Source of the DNA: Octopus vulgaris
Lineage: Eukaryota
Assembly (NCBI GenBank): GCA_951406725.2
Contig: OX597826.1
Coordinates: forward strand, 61,132,001 to 61,196,000
Length of the DNA: 64,000 nucleotides
Reading direction: 5' to 3'
Shown here: one piece after another, positions 61,301-64,000 of the stretch
Layout of the letters: the number at the start of each line of letters is the position of its first letter
Numbering within the stretch: the first letter of the stretch is position 1
Program-made: the position numbers and the translations under genes
The notes under the pieces: generated by a model
Told to the model about the DNA's origin: nothing
What the model saw: only the letters and a program-made list of their open reading frames with translations
Database searches by the model: none

Positions 61301-64000
61301 ATCTATTTCTTTATTGCCTACAGGAGGCTAAACATTAGTAATATCACACTGCCAAAATACTATGTCTTGCAACTGGCTCATTATACCCTCATCTGTCTCC
61401 AGACTTTCTCCTAATTACAACTGAAGTTTGATCTACAAACTGGTATGTATGACAAAGGACATAGTAAAGATGATTGATAAAGTCATCAAAGGTAGGAATT
61501 GAACCCTACAACATAATGGTATATAAGCAAATATTAATGCCAGAGGAACTGGCATCAATATTTGCTTAAGGCGGCGAGCTGGCAGAAACGTTTGCACGCC
61601 GGGCGAAATGCTGAGCGGTATTCTGTCTGCCGTTACGTTCTGAGTTCAAATTCCGCTGAGGTCGACTTTGCCTTTCATCCTTTTGGGGTCGATTAAATAA
61701 GTACCAGTTACGCACTGGGGGTCGATATAATGGACTTAATCGGTTTGTCTGTCCTTGTTTGTCCTCTCTATGTTTAGCCCCTTGTGGGTAGTAAAGAAAT
61801 AGGTATGTAAGCAAATAGCATAAGGTACTTTACTTGATGCTATCGGTTCAACCCCTTACTGCCCCTAGCAATATACTTACTACTTAAGCCCTGTGTTCCC
61901 TATGGAGCATAGGCCATTGATAACTTTTTTCCACTGTCATTGATTCTAGGTTGTCTCTTCTCTCCTCTGCTAGGTCAATGTGGTTCTGAATTGTCATCAA
62001 TGCTTTTGTAATCAATTGTTCCAGAAGCTGGCATTAGCTGGTGCAGTTCATAATGTGGAGGCGCATTGGCCCAGTGGTTAGGGCAGCGGACTCGCGGTCA
62101 TAGGATCGCAGTTTCGATTCCCAGACCGGGCGTTGTGAGTGTTTATTGAGCGAAAACACTCTCTGTGTCACGCTGAATATCCCCGAGAACTACGTTAAGA
62201 GTACACGTGTCTGTGGAGTGCTCAGCCACTTACACGTTAATTTCATGAGCAGGTTGTTCCGTTGATTCGGATCAACCAGAACCCTCGTCGTCGTGACCGA
62301 CGGAGTGCTTCCAGTTCATAATATTGCAGATCAATCAGAAATTGAAGAAATCCAAAGAATGTTGTGTTTTGTTATGATGGTGATTTAGCAAACATTTTCT
62401 TTTTTTTTTTTTTAATTTCTTTGGGATTTTTTATAAGATGACCAGCACCAAATAAAGAAAACCTTAACCCAAAACAATATTTTACTTGTTTCAGTTATTT
62501 CAATGTGGCCATGCTAGAGCACCATATCAATCCCAATATTTATTTTCAAATCTGGATCCTATATTAGTGAGTTCTGTTTGTGACACTACTAAGTGATGGG
62601 ACATCGATAAAGAAGTCCTTTTTTTCCCTTCAAACACTATCAAAGAAAGACAGACTGAAACACACACACACACACACACACACAATGAACTTCTGCACAG
62701 TTTCCTACTACTAAAATCACTCACCAATCATTGGTCAACACAAGGTTTTATATAAGAGTGGTATTGAACACAAGACCAAGTACTTGCTTAGCAAATTTCT
62801 TGACCACACAGCCATACCTCCACCTCCAATATTTTACCGTTATATCAGGAACATGCTGGCAAGGTAGGCAGTGCCTACTTTGGATAAAATAGATCGATAA
62901 CATTTTCCCGTCATGGTAAAACATGCACCTTATCATGAAAGTTACTCTAGTTACTATGTATAAAATGAAAATATTTTATTATTTTAAAGATTAGGTAGGC
63001 ATAATTCATCCCTGCTTTTCAATTTCAGTATTTAAGCTACGCATAGTACTGCTGTAGTACATGTGCTGCGTACATTCCTACAACAATGTTTTATTTACAT
63101 GCTATAAAGGCAGAAGTAAATCTGTCTACAACTCAGTCACGTGCCTGTGGTTTGCTTATTTTTTGTATGTTTTACTACATAGAGGTCACCACTGCCTGCC
63201 CTGAGTAATTACTGACGGCACGTGCCTGCATTATATCTACTCTGGCCTCACTGATGGCACTGTTAATCTAACAGAAAACCTCTCTAAGATCAGAGAACCA
63301 GTTGTGCATGTGTGTGCATATATATTGTAACTACACTCACGGAGTGGTTGGCGTTAGGAAGGGCATCCAGCTGTAGAAACATTGCCAGATTAGACTGGAG
63401 CCTGGTGCAGCCTTCTGGCTTCCCAGAACCCCGGTCGAACCGTCCAACCCATGCTAGCATGGAGAACGGACGTTAAACGATGATGATGAAGCTGAGAATA
63501 TGTTGTGCCTCTTGAGTTTCAAGCCAGTGAGATCTTCAAGCGAAATGAGATATGTCTGAGGATTACAGTGGCATGAAACTCCCGTTGCAAAGCAAACTCT
63601 CAGCTTTTGGTTTCAATAAAACAGAAAAAAAAAACCTATATCCTCTTCAGCATGTATTAAGCACTCCTTTCTGATCTGTTCAACATTATGCAACATAAAT
63701 GTGAGTATGTATGTACATACACACGCATACATGTATAGATGTGTTCTTGGAGACATTGGCTCATACTTCTGTTTTATCCTAACATGTTCTAAATAGACAC
63801 TTTCTTTGCATTTCCTCAAATGAGGAACAAAGATAATAAAAAAATAAATAAATAAAAAGCCAGAAAACCCTAAAATGAAGGATGCAGGAGAGAGAAAAGT
63901 TTCAAAGCAGGCCCTTCCTCACCTGATTGTATCATCTTTTGGTGAGACTGCACCGATATTGAAAGTGGGTTTGATTGCTGCCTCACATGTGCTGCCTCCA
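23362..64000 (-). CDS. MYCBP2: MYCBP2/Highwire/RPM-1 E3 ubiquitin ligase, 3' portion (27 exons, about 1807 aa; gene continues beyond 64000)
   Basis: Hand-spliced GT-AG exons with compatible phases. Diagnostic PHR-family motifs: [42 protein letters not shown] (DOC), [27 protein letters not shown] (RING-H2), [21 protein letters not shown] and the C-terminus [17 protein letters not shown]. Confidence 0.98.
24153..24318 (-). CDS. MYCBP2: MYCBP2 exon [32 protein letters not shown]...CPA (downstream catalytic Cys)
   Basis: TTCAG| and G|GTAGG; 166 nt, phase 0 to 1. Confidence 0.98.
24852..25068. mobile_element. piggyBac-like MITE; further copies at 37291-37510 and 50325-50540
   Basis: TIR CCCTTTCGTTAC / GTAACGAAAGGG with TTAA on both sides (perfect at 50321-50324 and 50541-50544); three highly similar copies. 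Confidence 0.9.
25389..25496 (-). CDS. MYCBP2: MYCBP2 exon [12 protein letters not shown]...[11 protein letters not shown] (upstream catalytic Cys, mediator loop)
   Basis: CTCAG| and CAG|GTGGG; 108 nt. Confidence 0.97.
25620..25900 (+). mobile_element. SINE-like 'family C' with (GAT)n tail and variable internal ~57-bp tandem units
   Basis: GGAAGGGCATCCAGCTGTAGAAAC..CCAACCCATGCTAGCATGG..AAACGATGATG. Copies at about 18668-18910 (-), 27855-28200 (-), 31005-31429 (+), 34222-34683 (+), 36840-36985 (+), 46595-46836 (+), 51528-51965 (-) and 63331-63488 (+). Confidence 0.85.
26182..26223 (-). ncRNA. Minimal type-I hammerhead motif with canonical CUGAUGA/GAAA core, sense within a MYCBP2 intron
   Basis: UAAUG-CUGAUGA-AGCC-agacuaa-GACU-GAAA-CAUG-U-U-CGUUA; stem III is the ACAUGU palindrome; one mismatch in stem II. 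Confidence 0.6.
26546..26755 (-). CDS. MYCBP2: MYCBP2 exon [12 protein letters not shown]...[12 protein letters not shown]
   Basis: TATAG| and AAG|GTAAG; 210 nt. Confidence 0.97.
26929..27305 (-). mobile_element. CR1/L2-group LINE 3' end with (TTAAC)n tail
   Basis: The minus frame reads [49 protein letters not shown], a typical CR1-group ORF2 C-terminus. Confidence 0.85.
27662..27769 (-). CDS. MYCBP2: MYCBP2 exon [11 protein letters not shown]...[15 protein letters not shown] (RING-H2)
   Basis: TACAG| and AAA|GTAAG; 108 nt; completes the C3H2C3 pattern. Confidence 0.97.
28895..29086 (-). CDS. MYCBP2: MYCBP2 exon [15 protein letters not shown]...[21 protein letters not shown] (RING start)
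   Basis: TGTAG| and CAG|GTAAG; 192 nt. Confidence 0.97.
30271..30380 (-). CDS. MYCBP2: MYCBP2 exon [17 protein letters not shown]...VCSDAECQ
   Basis: TTCAG| and CAG|GTGAT; 110 nt, phase 1 to 0. Confidence 0.95.
30655..31773. mobile_element. Two inverted hAT-like MITEs (30655-30972 and 31463-31773) enclosing a family-C SINE, all within one 8-bp TSD
   Basis: TAGGGTGGAGTGA...TCACTC(C/T)ACCCTA termini; CTCCACAG at 30647-30654 and 31774-31781. Confidence 0.85.
32087..32424 (-). mobile_element. tRNA-derived SINE nested in a family-A SINE; a relative lies at about 18095-18310 (+)
   Basis: Head GGCGCATGGCTCAGTGGTTAG..GAGTTCGATTCC, followed by GTGTTCTTGAGCAAGACACTT. Confidence 0.8.
33948..34074 (-). 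CDS. MYCBP2: MYCBP2 exon [19 protein letters not shown]...KAMVEFRE
   Basis: TACAG| and G|GTACA; 127 nt, phase 0 to 1. Confidence 0.97.
35781..35909 (-). CDS. MYCBP2: MYCBP2 exon [11 protein letters not shown]...[20 protein letters not shown] (B-box-like zinc finger)
   Basis: TTCAG| and CAG|GTAAA; 129 nt. Confidence 0.97.
36093..36257. mobile_element. Tc1/mariner-like MITE
   Basis: Imperfect TIR GTTGTGGTCAAAAGTTTGGAACAT / ATGTTCCAAACTTTAGGCCATGAC. Confidence 0.6.
37072..37179 (-). CDS. MYCBP2: MYCBP2 exon [22 protein letters not shown]...GPPR
   Basis: CACAG| and CGT|GTAAG; 108 nt. Confidence 0.96.
37722..37841 (-). CDS. MYCBP2: MYCBP2 exon [17 protein letters not shown]...CMKTPT
   Basis: GCCAG| and ACA|GTAAG; 120 nt. 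Confidence 0.95.
39125..39570 (-). mobile_element. RTE LINE 3' fragment
   Basis: ETW...[20 protein letters not shown]...RQVRFAGH, a typical RTE post-RT motif. Confidence 0.8.
39941..40028 (-). CDS. MYCBP2: MYCBP2 exon [10 protein letters not shown]...[10 protein letters not shown]
   Basis: TCCAG| and AAG|GTAAC; 88 nt, phase 2 to 0. Confidence 0.94.
40711..40997 (-). CDS. MYCBP2: MYCBP2 exon [10 protein letters not shown]...[16 protein letters not shown]...HTSS(R)
   Basis: TTCAG| and AG|GTATG; 287 nt, phase 0 to 2. Confidence 0.95.
42621..42774 (-). CDS. MYCBP2: MYCBP2 exon [24 protein letters not shown]...TASPRVQRQ
   Basis: TATAG| and CAA|GTAAG; 154 nt, phase 2 to 0. Confidence 0.96.
42950..43975 (-). 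mobile_element. Decayed RTE (BovB-like) LINE 5' part: apurinic-type endonuclease
   Basis: [39 protein letters not shown] plus flanking degenerate motifs interrupted by stops and frameshifts. Confidence 0.85.
44268..44374 (-). CDS. MYCBP2: MYCBP2 exon [21 protein letters not shown]...DGS(R)
   Basis: TCCAG| and AG|GTGAG; 107 nt, phase 0 to 2. Confidence 0.95.
44640..45117. mobile_element. Fold-back (Penelope-like non-autonomous?) element in (TA)n: arms 44724-44872 and 44982-45117, hammerhead-like motif at 44871-44923 (-)
   Basis: Inverted arms visible; CUGACGA...GAAA..GUC motif in the loop. Confidence 0.6.
45153..45365. mobile_element. mariner-like MITE
   Basis: TIR GTGCTGAAAAGTTCCTGGC / GCCAGGAACTTTTCAGCAC in a TA context. 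Confidence 0.75.
45737..45907 (-). CDS. MYCBP2: MYCBP2 exon VFGRLI...[23 protein letters not shown]
   Basis: TCCAG| and CAA|GTGAG; 171 nt. Confidence 0.96.
46196..46435 (-). CDS. MYCBP2: MYCBP2 exon [11 protein letters not shown]...[16 protein letters not shown]...[12 protein letters not shown]
   Basis: TTTAG| and CAG|GTAAT; 240 nt. Confidence 0.96.
47088..47153 (-). CDS. MYCBP2: MYCBP2 exon [22 protein letters not shown] (DOC)
   Basis: TTCAG| and CAG|GTAAG; 66 nt. Confidence 0.92.
48508..48641 (-). CDS. MYCBP2: MYCBP2 exon [17 protein letters not shown]...IDNTRDLA (DOC/APC10)
   Basis: TTCAG| and GCT|GTAAG; 134 nt, phase 1 to 0. Confidence 0.96.
48834..48924 (-). CDS. MYCBP2: MYCBP2 exon [12 protein letters not shown]...[11 protein letters not shown] (start of DOC domain)
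   Basis: ACCAG| and G|GTGAG; 91 nt, phase 0 to 1. Confidence 0.92.
49330..49476 (-). CDS. MYCBP2: MYCBP2 exon [25 protein letters not shown]...ENAQ
   Basis: TCCAG| and CAG|GTTTG; 147 nt. Confidence 0.93.
49652..49792 (-). CDS. MYCBP2: MYCBP2 exon [16 protein letters not shown]...LPLGTSLQ
   Basis: TTTAG| and CAG|GTAAG; 141 nt; absent from the ORF track. Confidence 0.95.
52420..52584 (-). CDS. MYCBP2: MYCBP2 exon [11 protein letters not shown]...[11 protein letters not shown]...KDQE
   Basis: CGCAG| and GAG|GTAAA; 165 nt. Confidence 0.95.
53112..54036. repeat. 66-bp minisatellite, about 14 copies, at the 5' end of a MYCBP2 intron
   Basis: Unit GACGGAGGAGATTGACAGA(T/C)ACATAGATAGAAAG(T/A)TAGAGACTCCTACAGAAAGGAAACAGATAAT; period 53131 to 53197 is 66. 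Confidence 0.97.
54046..54263 (-). CDS. MYCBP2: MYCBP2 exon (D)[10 protein letters not shown]...[25 protein letters not shown]
   Basis: TTCAG| and CAG|GTAAG; 218 nt, phase 1 to 0. Confidence 0.96.
56038..56221. repeat. Near-perfect palindrome (fold-back element) centred on TGGCCA at 56117-56122, inside (TA)n
   Basis: Arms are reverse complements apart from a ~20-nt asymmetric insert and a few mismatches. Confidence 0.9.
56348..56543 (-). CDS. MYCBP2: MYCBP2 exon DPLRHTHE...FQRSISE...[10 protein letters not shown]
   Basis: GACAG| and G|GTGAG; 196 nt, phase 0 to 1; FQRS and RRRxNSG motifs. Confidence 0.92.
58814..60461 (-). CDS. MYCBP2: MYCBP2 large central exon (1648 nt)
   Basis: TACAG| acceptor and CAG|GTTAG donor. 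Overlaps the 547-aa ORF with [20 protein letters not shown] and [31 protein letters not shown] motifs. Confidence 0.97.
62057..62312 (+). mobile_element. Family-D tRNA-derived SINE; its 3' body also occurs inverted at about 13588-13740
   Basis: A box TGGCCCAGTGG and B box GTTTCGATTCC; body CTACGTTAAG.GTACACGTGTCTGTGGAGTGCTCAG shared with 13.6-13.7 kb. Confidence 0.8.
63923..64000 (-). CDS. MYCBP2: MYCBP2 exon (5'-truncated by window edge): [25 protein letters not shown](R)
   Basis: Open frame ending AG|GTGAG; its phase 2 matches the acceptor at 60461. Confidence 0.8.

Noticed and set aside
62057-62130. tRNA gene-like sequence (also 8950-9022, 32350-32424 and 18095-18170)
   Set aside because: A/B boxes are present, but there is no proper acceptor stem and each runs into a SINE body, so these are SINE heads.

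Overview
Eukaryotic, AT-rich, microsatellite-dense genomic DNA whose repeat content points to an octopus (coleoid cephalopod); the species is inferred. One protein-coding gene is supported: the 3' part of MYCBP2 (PAM/Highwire/RPM-1), a RING-Cys-Relay E3 ligase, on the minus strand. It has 27 GT-AG exons traced by hand from >64000 to the TGA at 23362-23364. All splice phases are compatible and together they encode about 1807 aa: conserved central region, DOC/APC10, B-box-like, RING-H2 and tandem-cysteine domains. Positions 1-19 kb and all introns are filled with microsatellites, about four SINE families, LINE remnants (Penelope-like GIY-YIG, R4/Dong-like, RTE, CR1-like) and MITEs (piggyBac-, hAT-, Tc1/mariner-like). 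Nearly all ORFs in the supplied track are microsatellite or repeat artefacts. Most notable: (i) a set of minimal type-I hammerhead-ribozyme motifs with palindromic stem III and variant cores, including one with an apparent G3:C8 compensatory swap and two lying sense in MYCBP2 introns; (ii) a composite hAT element (two inverted MITEs plus cargo inside one 8-bp TSD); (iii) a 66-bp intronic minisatellite that keeps the MYCBP2 frame open and repeats a 3' splice-site mimic; (iv) a candidate alternative last exon and candidate A-to-I recoding sites.
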